Source: an uncultured Bacilli bacterium
GTDB taxonomy: Bacteria > Bacillota_I > Bacilli_A > RF39 > UBA660
Assembly: GCA_934148015.1 (NCBI GenBank)
Contig: CAKPCU010000002.1
Coordinates: 30,672 to 94,671, forward strand
DNA: 64,000 nucleotides
Reading direction: 5' to 3'
This document shows, piece by piece, positions 19,367 to 28,552 of the stretch. Positions within the stretch are counted from its first letter, which is position 1. Each line of letters starts with the position of its first letter. The notes under the pieces were generated by a model that was not told the DNA's origin, ran no database searches, and was given only the letters and a program-made list of their open reading frames with translations. The position numbers and the translations under genes were made by a program.

Positions 19367-20434
19367 TTATTTAATATTGTAATTGCTTTGTATATGATTA
19401 GCTGTCTCATTTATCACGTTTTTTTCATTTGTTAATTTTTCTAATAATCTTTTCTTATTTTCAACAGCTTCTTTTAAGGAAGTAATTTCTATATTTAGTT
19501 TTTCAACACTTAATTCATAATCTGATTGTTCCTTTTTTGTTAGAAGCAAAACTCTTTTAAATAATTCCATATCTTTTGGTACTTCACTTTTATAAGAATC
19601 AAGTAAACTTTTTAAGGTCAAATCAATAGCACTTTTTGTATTAATTTTATCTTCTAACAAAGACTCTCTACATTTTAACATAGCACATCTAAAATCAATT
19701 TCCAATTTTAATTCTTCTATATTTTTATAATATTCTTTATCCATACTATTTGATAAATTAATTATTGCATTAATAATTTCATAATTATTGGTTATAGAAC
19801 TATCCTCTTTAAAAAATGGTTTAAAATCTATATTTTTCTGTTTTTCTTTAACATCATCTTCACTTTTTTCTTCTGCAACACCATTATCTTTGTTGTTCAT
19901 GATATTGGCATTCTTCTTTTTTCTAGCAAGAGAAATAATGCTCTCACAACCATACTTTTCAATTTCTTCTTTAGTTATTAATATACCCCTATACTCTACA
20001 TCAATATTATCAAAGGCATTCTTTTCTATTTTCTCCACACCACTTGGTATAAATACCATACTAAGATTGTTGTGGTAAAACGCTCCAGTTTCTATTTTTT
20101 TTAAACTATTTGGTAAAATAATACTTTCTATATTATTTCTAAAAAACGATTCTCTTGGAATAATAGTAATTCCCTCTTTTAAAATAACCTCTTTTAATCT
20201 ATTAAGTGCAAAACAGTCCATTCCCATACTTTTAATAGTAGATGGTATTATAACTTTTTCTATTTTATTATTTGCAAAAGCATATGCACCAATAGACTCT
20301 AAGCCCTCTGGTAAACTCAAACTAGTAATTCCCATATTAGAATAAGCATTAACCGAAATATCTTTAGTACCATCAGCTATAACAACATTATCTCTTACAT
20401 TATCATTTATACCACTTTTAATATCATAAAACAT
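19367..20434 (-). CDS. BspA-type leucine-rich-repeat protein with a C-terminal coiled coil and no signal peptide
   Basis: Repeats of the form IxIPxxVxxIGxxAFxxC/N (for example LPEGLESIGAYAFANNKIEKVIIPSTIKSMGMDCF). Confidence 0.7.
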   Translation of the reverse strand: MFYDIKSGINDNVRDNVVIADGTKDISVNAYSNMGITSLSLPEGLESIGAYAFANNKIEKVIIPSTIKSMGMDCFALNRLKEVILKEGITIIPRESFFRNNIESIILPNSLKKIETGAFYHNNLSMVFIPSGVEKIEKNAFDNIDVEYRGILITKEEIEKYGCESIISLARKKKNANIMNNKDNGVAEEKSEDDVKEKQKNIDFKPFFKEDSSITNNYEIINAIINLSNSMDKEYYKNIEELKLEIDFRCAMLKCRESLLEDKINTKSAIDLTLKSLLDSYKSEVPKDMELFKRVLLLTKKEQSDYELSVEKLNIEITSLKEAVENKKRLLEKLTNEKNVINETANHIQSNYNIK

Positions 20435-20541
20435 TTAAGCACCTCTTTATCTATATACATATTAACATAACTTTATTAAATACGTCAAAATATTTATTAT
20501 AAAGTGTAAAATAAAGGTGACTTTTAAGCCACCTTTACAAA

Positions 20542-22731
20542 TTAATTAATTTCTAAATAATAATCTGTGAAAGAATCATTATTTAATTTAAATCCATCTT
20601 TTTCTATCAAGTAATATCCAATTTCATCAAAACCTGCATTACTAATTGAAATATTATCATTTAGTGTCGGATTAGTTGTAAAACTTTTTTTATTTTCAAA
20701 AGTTATTTTAGAATTTTTTATAGCTGTTTTTATTTCATTAAATTTATTACCAAACTTAACTGTAACTTTAAAATAAATTCTTTCAGCTCCTTTAAATACA
20801 TATTTTGGAACAATAACTTCATTTTTATAAGTTGACAAAATATTATCACTATTACCTTGCGGTTTAAAATTTATTATTTGCCAACCACATTTTTTACAAG
20901 TTTTAAACTCATACTGATATTTTCTAGCACATCCTTTTTTTATGTCAACTGTTAATTTAACATATGATTTATCATCATAATTGGAAATACTTTTATTTAT
21001 ATCATAATTAGTAACATAATTTTGATTATTTACTTTGCACACATTATCATCACATTCAATATTATGTGTATCTACTTTTAAATTAATATCAGATGAATAA
21101 ATTCTACCATAATCACCATCAATCAAACACATAAAGCTATCGGTTTCATGATTTACGTTAGCATATTCTAAAAGACCAAAAGCACTTATTGCACTATTAT
21201 TATTTAAAATAGAGACAATAGAACTTGTATTATCCTTACTTATATAATTCTTAGCATCGCTTAATATATTACCTAGGTTTGAAATTGGTGAATAATTTTT
21301 ATAATTATCATCTAAAGTTGTTATAAAACTTGGCATTAATTCACCACTTTGATTATTCTTTGAATTTTGCACAATATCGTTTAAATCAATTCCAAGAGAT
21401 ACAATTTTAGAAAGTCCTTCTGTAAATTTTTTAACATTATTATTTGTATTTTCAATTAAGTTTTTAATATCATCTGCAGTTAGTTCAGATATTTTTTTAC
21501 CCTTTATACTATCAAGTTTACTTTTTGCACTATCTATTAAGGTTTTAAATGAATGATTTTCATGATTGGTTACTGCGTCAGCCCCATATTCAACCTTATA
21601 TATTTCTCCATAATGGAATCCTATATCACTTATTGGATCTCCTGTAATTGAATATAAAACCAATCTACCACTACTTTTTATATCATCTGAATAATTTACT
21701 GTTCTATCACTATTTACCACATTACCATTTTTATCATGGGTTGATAAATAAATTAACGAATTATTAATATTAGTTGTAAATTTATTTGATACAAAAATTG
21801 GAGTTACACCCATTCCATTAAAATATGCAACTTGTTCTAAATGAGAATTACTAATTTTATATTTATCATTATAATCTTCTAATGAAGAAGCTTTTAATAC
21901 TTCTCTTGTTTCTGGACTTTCGGTTATTGAAGCTTCCTTATCAACTATTGCAGCTCCTCCTATTTGTGCTAAATAAGCTCCAAGAGAATGCCCTGTTACA
22001 TATATTTTAGCATTACTATTATCTTTTATTATTTTATCATATACTTCCTGTGCATAATTGTAAGCTTTCATAGACTGTGAATTTTGTCCATTAATAGAAT
22101 ATAAAACATCAGTTATCCACTCATATAAGTCTGGATAATCTGTACCTCTAAATGCTATTACATAATTATTTCCTTTTTTAAATGTAATTGCATCAAAAGC
22201 ATTATTCCAAGAAACATTATCAGGATCTTTTTTTCTTGCACTATCACTTTTATAATCAAATATTGACCAAGAGTCCTCTAATTCAGATACATTAGCAAAA
22301 TTTAAAAAGTAATATTTTTGTCCGTCTTCTTCATAAGCATCAGTTAAAACATTAACAACACTTTTAGCTTTTCTTTCACTCATTCCTTCTATATATTGCT
22401 TAACCTTATAATTTTCTTTAGAATTTTTAAGCTTAACCATTTTATTTTTTTGTGAAAAGAAACAGCCTTTTTTTAGTTTTCCATCAGAGTCAATACATCC
22501 ATTATTATCTTTTGAACTTCTCGTTAATGGATATTTATAAATATTATCATTGGGCACATCCTCATATACTAAGGATGCTAACATTGCAAGTTCTCTTGTA
22601 CTTACGTTTCCATCATTTGCAGATAGATAGTTTTGTCTTTCTGTTACAAAATTAGTAGAATAACTAATAATATATGATAATAAAAATATAAATACAGATG
22701 AAAGAATTATACTTACATTTAATTTTTTCAT
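20542..22731 (-). CDS. Secreted class-3 lipase / DUF2974-type alpha/beta hydrolase with a large C-terminal extension
   Basis: Signal/TM helix MKKLNVSIILSSVFIFLLS, then IAFRGTDYPDLYEWITD and the nucleophile elbow VTGHSLGAYLAQ. Start moved to MKKLNV, which follows an AGGAGG RBS. Confidence 0.75.
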   Translation of the reverse strand: MKKLNVSIILSSVFIFLLSYIISYSTNFVTERQNYLSANDGNVSTRELAMLASLVYEDVPNDNIYKYPLTRSSKDNNGCIDSDGKLKKGCFFSQKNKMVKLKNSKENYKVKQYIEGMSERKAKSVVNVLTDAYEEDGQKYYFLNFANVSELEDSWSIFDYKSDSARKKDPDNVSWNNAFDAITFKKGNNYVIAFRGTDYPDLYEWITDVLYSINGQNSQSMKAYNYAQEVYDKIIKDNSNAKIYVTGHSLGAYLAQIGGAAIVDKEASITESPETREVLKASSLEDYNDKYKISNSHLEQVAYFNGMGVTPIFVSNKFTTNINNSLIYLSTHDKNGNVVNSDRTVNYSDDIKSSGRLVLYSITGDPISDIGFHYGEIYKVEYGADAVTNHENHSFKTLIDSAKSKLDSIKGKKISELTADDIKNLIENTNNNVKKFTEGLSKIVSLGIDLNDIVQNSKNNQSGELMPSFITTLDDNYKNYSPISNLGNILSDAKNYISKDNTSSIVSILNNNSAISAFGLLEYANVNHETDSFMCLIDGDYGRIYSSDINLKVDTHNIECDDNVCKVNNQNYVTNYDINKSISNYDDKSYVKLTVDIKKGCARKYQYEFKTCKKCGWQIINFKPQGNSDNILSTYKNEVIVPKYVFKGAERIYFKVTVKFGNKFNEIKTAIKNSKITFENKKSFTTNPTLNDNISISNAGFDEIGYYLIEKDGFKLNNDSFTDYYLEIN

Positions 22732-22744
22732 TAATAAGCCTCCT

Positions 22745-23251
22745 TTATTTTTTTGTTCCACATTTAGTAAACTGATTAATTTTTCCATTTTCATCAAACA
22801 AACTTAAATATAACTTAGTCATATAAAACGTATAAGATTTATTTTCACCAATATCTTCTTCCCAATCACTACTTTTATTAATATTTAACTTGCTAAAATC
22901 ATAAGTATTAATTGTTTTTTGTCCTTCTTTAGTAGCATATACACTATAAATCAAATCATTATTTTCCATATGAACCAATACGTACATTTTATCAATATTT
23001 TCGTTTTTTTCATCTAATTGATAATCATACATACAATAATCACTATTATTAATTACATTGTCAGCTTTTATATTTTCTACCTGTCTTGACACACTAGTAA
23101 AAAATGCTTTTTCTTTTGCAATTTTAACCTGCTTTATAATATTTGGTATCGTAAAAGTTAATAATATTCCAAGTATTACTATAACAGCAAGTATTTCTAT
23201 AAGTGTAAATCCACGACGTTTTTTCTTTAATTTCTTTTTTGTTTTATCCAT
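22745..23251 (-). CDS. Type IV pilin/pseudopilin-like protein (prepilin N-terminal cleavage/methylation motif)
   Basis: KKRRGFTLIEILAVIVILGILL at the N-terminus. Confidence 0.8.
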   Translation of the reverse strand: MDKTKKKLKKKRRGFTLIEILAVIVILGILLTFTIPNIIKQVKIAKEKAFFTSVSRQVENIKADNVINNSDYCMYDYQLDEKNENIDKMYVLVHMENNDLIYSVYATKEGQKTINTYDFSKLNINKSSDWEEDIGENKSYTFYMTKLYLSLFDENGKINQFTKCGTKK

Positions 23252-23347
23252 ACTTCCTCCTATCCTTTAAATTAATTATACTGTTGTTCGTAGAATTAGT
23301 CAATAAATTAAATTGTTATTTAAGCACTTATTTTGCTTGTGGAAAAC

Positions 23348-26215
23348 TCATACTTTTCTTATTTCAAATGCAACTATCTGCATTTTAGAAAATCTTTTTT
23401 CCACTTTACCAGTTAATAGATAAACACATGGTATATCAATATTAAAATATTTTTCATAAATTTTAGGAAACAATACAACGTCTATTTTACCAAAAGAATC
23501 ACTAGCTTCTATAAACATCATTCTTTCATTATTCTTCGTAGTTATTTCTCTTCTTCTTTCAAAATATAATACTATTTTTATATTCTTATCAAAATAATTA
23601 TCTATGTTTTTAGTAGTTATACTATTATCATTTATATATTTATTAGTTGGATGATTACTTATATAATAGCCATATATCATAAACTCATACTCTGATAATT
23701 TATTATTTTCATACTCATCATATAATTTTATCTCTGGTTCAATTATTATGTTATCTTCCAAATCAGATGAGATATCAGCATAATTAATAATAGCTTCCAT
23801 ATTTTCTATTAAAGTTCTTTTGTTATAACCAAACTCATCTAAAGAACCAGATAAAATAATATTTCTAATTACGTCTTTACCTAACTTATAGTTTCTTTTA
23901 ACAAAATCTATATATGACTTATATGTACCATTATCACATCTTTCATTTACAATTCTATTAGATGATAAAACACCTATATCTTTAATAATAGAAAATGGAG
24001 ATAAAATATTATTATCTTTAACTTCATAATAAGACGTAGATAAATTTATACTAGGTTTTAATACATTAATATTAAGAACTTTAGCTTCATCTATTTCTTT
24101 TTTTATCTTTTGTTTATTACCTATAGAATTATTTAACATCTCACACATAAATACTAAAGGATAATGTACCTTTAAATAAGCTATTTTATAACCTATAATA
24201 GCATAACTAACAGAATGTGCTTTATTAAATCCATAATTAGCAAACTTCTCTATTAAATCATAAACTTCCATAGCTTCTTTTTTGCTATACCCATTATTTA
24301 TACTACCTAAAATAAAATCATTTCTATAAGAAAGAAGTAAGTCTTCCTTTTTCTTACTCATCGCTCTTCTTAACATATCAGCTTTCGCATAAGAAAAAGA
24401 TGCCATAGAAGATGCAATTTGCATTATCTGTTCCTGATAAATAATTATTCCATACGTACTTTTTAATATACTTTCTAATTTTTCATTAATATAAGTAGTT
24501 TTTTCCTTTCCATTTCTTCTTTTAATATATAAAGGTATATTATCTATTGGTCCAGGTCTAAAAAGTGCTACAGCATCAATTAAATCATTTATATTAGTAG
24601 GTTTTAAGTCAGTTATAAACTTTTTCATACCATTAGATTCAAACTGAAATATGCCATCTAATAATCCAAGAGAAAATAACTCATATGTTTTTTTATCATC
24701 AAGTGGTATATCATTAAAAGAAATACCTACTTTTTTAATAATACTATCTACTAAACTTAAATTTTTAAGAGATAAAAAATCCATCTTAAGAAGACCTAAA
24801 TCCTCTATATAATTCATAGTATAACCACATAAATAATTACCAGAAGAATCAGTTAAAAGAGGTACATAATTTCTTAAGGTTTTACTAGATATAATAACAC
24901 CTGCTGCATGAATAGAAGTATGTCTTTTAATACCTTCTAAATGAAGTGCTATGTCATATAATTTTCTTAACTCTTCATCACTATTTAATATTTTTCTAAC
25001 ACTAATATTATCTAATTCTTTTTTTAAAGTACTCTTATCATCAAAACTCTTAACTAAATTATCTATTTTATAACTACTAACATTAAGTATTCTAGCTAAA
25101 TCCCTTATTACTTGCTTTGCAAGTAAATTAGAAAAAGTAACTATTTGACAAACTTTATCCTTACCATATTTATTTGTAACATAATCTATAACCTGATCTC
25201 TTTTATCAGCGTCAAAATCAATATCAATATCAGGCATAGTAACCCTATCTGGATTTAAAAAGCGTTCAAAAAGTAAATCATACTTTAAAGGATCAATATC
25301 AGTTATACCAAGACTATAAGATACCAAAGAAGATGCAGCAGACCCCCTACCAGGTCCAACTAAAATATCATGTCTTTTAGCATACTTAACATAGTCCCAT
25401 ACTACTAAAAAATAATTACTAAAACCCATTTTTATAATAATATTAAGTTCATGTTTTAATCTATCAATATAATCTTTAGTAACATTATCATTTAATCTTT
25501 TCTTAAGACCAATAATACATAAATCTGTTAAATATTTATTATAATTAAAATTATCATCACTATTATAAACTGGTAGTAGAAAATTATTTTTAGGTATTAC
25601 TAAATCTATTTTATTTAGAAAAAACATAGTTGTTTTTGTAAACTCAATAGGCACGTTACCCTCTAGAGTAACACTTGATTCAAAGTCATAAGTATTATCA
25701 TCTATTTTATATAGAAAAGGTAAATACTTTTCATAAGATTTATCTAATGTTAAATACTTTTTAATATATACTTTATCTACATCAATTAAGTCATATTCTT
25801 CTTTAGAAGAAAACCCAATAAATACATCAGATGAGTACTTTTTTATTTCATTAAAATACCCTTTATAACAAAAAGGAATAACTACAATTATATCACTTAA
25901 AAACTCATATAATTTTTTCAAATTAAGTAATCCTTCATTTTTTAAAGTATTTATATTACATAAATTTTGATATCCTTTATAATTTTTAGCATAAAGTAAA
26001 AGAGTATAATCTAAATTAACTTCAAGTCCTATAATAGGTTTAATATTATTTTCCCTGCACTTTTTATAAAACTCCATAGTTCCATATAAATCATCATCAC
26101 ATAATGCACAAGCTTTAATATCATAACTAATTAACTTTTCAATTAAATCATCTATTTTAATTAAACTTTTTAAAATAGAATAATCACTTTTAACATATAA
26201 AGGAACATAATTCAT
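23348..26215 (-). CDS. dnaE: DNA polymerase III alpha subunit, DnaE type
   Basis: 955 aa with a PHP-like N-terminus, polymerase core (GPGRGSAASSLVSYSLGITDIDP, PDIDIDF, FNKAHSVSYA) and an OB fold. Confidence 0.95.
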   Translation of the reverse strand: MNYVPLYVKSDYSILKSLIKIDDLIEKLISYDIKACALCDDDLYGTMEFYKKCRENNIKPIIGLEVNLDYTLLLYAKNYKGYQNLCNINTLKNEGLLNLKKLYEFLSDIIVVIPFCYKGYFNEIKKYSSDVFIGFSSKEEYDLIDVDKVYIKKYLTLDKSYEKYLPFLYKIDDNTYDFESSVTLEGNVPIEFTKTTMFFLNKIDLVIPKNNFLLPVYNSDDNFNYNKYLTDLCIIGLKKRLNDNVTKDYIDRLKHELNIIIKMGFSNYFLVVWDYVKYAKRHDILVGPGRGSAASSLVSYSLGITDIDPLKYDLLFERFLNPDRVTMPDIDIDFDADKRDQVIDYVTNKYGKDKVCQIVTFSNLLAKQVIRDLARILNVSSYKIDNLVKSFDDKSTLKKELDNISVRKILNSDEELRKLYDIALHLEGIKRHTSIHAAGVIISSKTLRNYVPLLTDSSGNYLCGYTMNYIEDLGLLKMDFLSLKNLSLVDSIIKKVGISFNDIPLDDKKTYELFSLGLLDGIFQFESNGMKKFITDLKPTNINDLIDAVALFRPGPIDNIPLYIKRRNGKEKTTYINEKLESILKSTYGIIIYQEQIMQIASSMASFSYAKADMLRRAMSKKKEDLLLSYRNDFILGSINNGYSKKEAMEVYDLIEKFANYGFNKAHSVSYAIIGYKIAYLKVHYPLVFMCEMLNNSIGNKQKIKKEIDEAKVLNINVLKPSINLSTSYYEVKDNNILSPFSIIKDIGVLSSNRIVNERCDNGTYKSYIDFVKRNYKLGKDVIRNIILSGSLDEFGYNKRTLIENMEAIINYADISSDLEDNIIIEPEIKLYDEYENNKLSEYEFMIYGYYISNHPTNKYINDNSITTKNIDNYFDKNIKIVLYFERRREITTKNNERMMFIEASDSFGKIDVVLFPKIYEKYFNIDIPCVYLLTGKVEKRFSKMQIVAFEIRKV

Positions 26216-26340
26216 AAGTTATACCCTCCTTCATTTATTATTTTACTACAAAAAGCTTAATTTTTAAATTTTAATTTGACTATTTTATGATAATATGTTA
26301 AAGTTATTAAGCAAACACGCACTTTAAGGAGGAATTAAAC

Positions 26341-26511
26341 ATGGCTAAAAATGTATCTAGTAAGAAACCATTATTTGGAAATAGTCGTTCACATGCACTA
26401 AATGCAACTAGAAAAAAACAAAAGGTTAATTTACAAAATGTAACTTTAAATGGAGTTAAAGTTGTAATGAGTGCAAAAGAAGCTAAAAAGTTTAGAAAAA
26501 ATAATGCATAA
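26341..26511 (+). CDS. rpmB: 50S ribosomal protein L28
   Basis: Not in the ORF track. Translation: MAKNVSSKKPLFGNSRSHALNATRKKQKVNLQNVTLNGVKVVMSAKEAKKFRKNNA. RBS is AAGGAGG. Confidence 0.9.
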   Translation: MAKNVSSKKPLFGNSRSHALNATRKKQKVNLQNVTLNGVKVVMSAKEAKKFRKNNA

Positions 26512-26537
26512 TAAAACTACCAAGAACGGTAGCTTTT

Positions 26538-27503
26538 TTATTTAAAAACTAAACGATCACCTAACGTATCAACCTGATAATAAATTCCATCTTCATCATC
26601 AAAATAACCAACGTAAAATTGATCTGCACTTTTTCCAAATGCTAACACTATATTGTTTGAAATTAAAACATCATCAAATGAAACTAATGTTTTTAAAGCG
26701 TTTAAACTTAAACTTTCAGTCATGCTTTTAGGTTTTAAAATTTTATTATTTTTATTATTCTTTTTTATAGTATTCACGATATATTTAGCCACCAAATACT
26801 TCATGTTACCGTTATTACCATTAGCTATCGTATCAGATTTTAAAGTCTCACCCTCATAATATAAATAACAATTACTATCAACGTTTTCAAATCCCGATTC
26901 TTTTTTAAGTTCTTCTTTTTCATTTTTTGCTAATGACATTACTAGTACACCTTTATTTTCATTAACCTCATATAATTTTCGTATTCTTTCACCAATAGTA
27001 TTATATTTTGTATAAGTATTGCTGCCAATTGTAACCTCTAGATTTTCTTTGTTAAACAAAAAATCTTCTGAAGTCGAATCAGCTAAAGTAAGTTTTTCAT
27101 TTAATGTAGAATTTAAACTTAGATAAAATTTATCTGTAGAAAATCCATCAGCACTTACATTTGTATCTTTCGTGCAACTATTATCTGTACAAGTAATTAC
27201 AAAAATATTAGCATTATCACTACCTTGATGTTCTTTTCCAGTATTAGGATCAGTAAAATTACCCTCTAAATAACCTTCATCAACTAAAGTTTTTGTACTT
27301 ACAAAATAAACATTATTAGTAGACATATAAGCTTTAGCTATTTCTATTATTTCTTCTGCAGCTTGCACTTTTACCTTTTCTTTTGAAGTCTTAACATATT
27401 TAGTAACCCCAATAGAAACTAATGTGATTAAAATACCAACTATTACTATTACTGCTAATAACTCTATTAATGTAAAACCTTTACTTTTTTTCACCTTTAT
27501 CAC
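26538..27503 (-). CDS. Type IV pilin/pseudopilin-like protein, 321 aa
   Basis: KSKGFTLIELLAVIVIVGILITL at the N-terminus. Confidence 0.8.
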   Translation of the reverse strand: MIKVKKSKGFTLIELLAVIVIVGILITLVSIGVTKYVKTSKEKVKVQAAEEIIEIAKAYMSTNNVYFVSTKTLVDEGYLEGNFTDPNTGKEHQGSDNANIFVITCTDNSCTKDTNVSADGFSTDKFYLSLNSTLNEKLTLADSTSEDFLFNKENLEVTIGSNTYTKYNTIGERIRKLYEVNENKGVLVMSLAKNEKEELKKESGFENVDSNCYLYYEGETLKSDTIANGNNGNMKYLVAKYIVNTIKKNNKNNKILKPKSMTESLSLNALKTLVSFDDVLISNNIVLAFGKSADQFYVGYFDDEDGIYYQVDTLGDRLVFK

Positions 27504-27587
27504 CTATCCTATATTAATATTAACATTATGATATAAATTAGTCAATTTATTAATAACAAAAAAAGAAAAGCATTCATGCATTTCTTA

Positions 27588-28034
27588 CTACTTACTACCA
27601 GTAGATCCAAAGCCTGCTTCTCCTCTTTTAGTATCATCTAATTCATTTACTTCTTTAAATACAGCTTTTAAATAAGGCATTATAACTAATTGTGCAATTC
27701 TCTCTTGCGGTTCAATTTGTCTTACCTCATTTGAATGGTTATGAAGTGCAACCATTACCTCTCCTCTATAATCAGAATCTACAACTCCTACTTTATTAGC
27801 TGGTGCTAATCCTTTTTTAGAAGCTAAGCCACTTCTTGCAAATATAAAAGAAGCATATCCGATAGGCGTTTCTATAGCAATACCTGTTTTAATTAATTTA
27901 GTTTCTCCTGGATTTAATACTTCTGCACTTTCTATGCAAGCATATAAATCACAACCAGCTGCATATTCTGTACCATAAGTTGGTATAGTAGCTTTTTCAT
28001 TTACTTTTTTTAATTTTATTTCTTGTGTTAACAT
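27588..28034 (-). CDS. dut: dUTP diphosphatase
   Basis: Motifs AGCDLYA, ARSGLASKKG, VDSDYRGEV and GFGSTG. Confidence 0.95.
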   Translation of the reverse strand: MLTQEIKLKKVNEKATIPTYGTEYAAGCDLYACIESAEVLNPGETKLIKTGIAIETPIGYASFIFARSGLASKKGLAPANKVGVVDSDYRGEVMVALHNHSNEVRQIEPQERIAQLVIMPYLKAVFKEVNELDDTKRGEAGFGSTGSK

Positions 28035-28036
28035 AT

Positions 28037-28549
28037 TTATACTCCTACTAATTCTTTTTCTTTTAATAGTACTATTTTATTATTTTTAAGTGTTTTTTTA
28101 ACATCTATTACTCTTTGATTAGAAGATCCTTTCCATTTTAATGTAAAGTCATGTAATTCATCTTCATATCTTCCATCTACTAATACATCTATATAATTTA
28201 GTACTTCTTTATCTTTTAAGTCTCTATCAAATAAGAAACCACTCCATACCCATATTGTCTTATCTGGGTATATTTCTTTAAATTTTTTAGCTAGTTTAGT
28301 AGTGCCTTTAATATTATTAGGATGCATAGGTTCTCCTCCTAATATAGAAAGTCCCTTTATATAATCATTATTTGCTAAATCAATTATTTTATCTATAGTC
28401 TCATCAGTAAATTCTGTTCCACTTTTAAAATCCCATGTCTCAGGGTTAAAGCAATTCTTGCAATGAAATGAACAACCTTGCATAAAAATTGAAACTCTAA
28501 CACCTGGTCCATTAGATATATCCATTTTTCTTATTTTATTATATCTCAT
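28037..28549 (-). CDS. nrdG: Anaerobic ribonucleotide reductase activating protein (radical SAM)
   Basis: GCSFHCKNCFN cluster. The gene lies directly downstream of nrdD. Confidence 0.9.
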   Translation of the reverse strand: MRYNKIRKMDISNGPGVRVSIFMQGCSFHCKNCFNPETWDFKSGTEFTDETIDKIIDLANNDYIKGLSILGGEPMHPNNIKGTTKLAKKFKEIYPDKTIWVWSGFLFDRDLKDKEVLNYIDVLVDGRYEDELHDFTLKWKGSSNQRVIDVKKTLKNNKIVLLKEKELVGV

Positions 28550-28552
28550 ATA

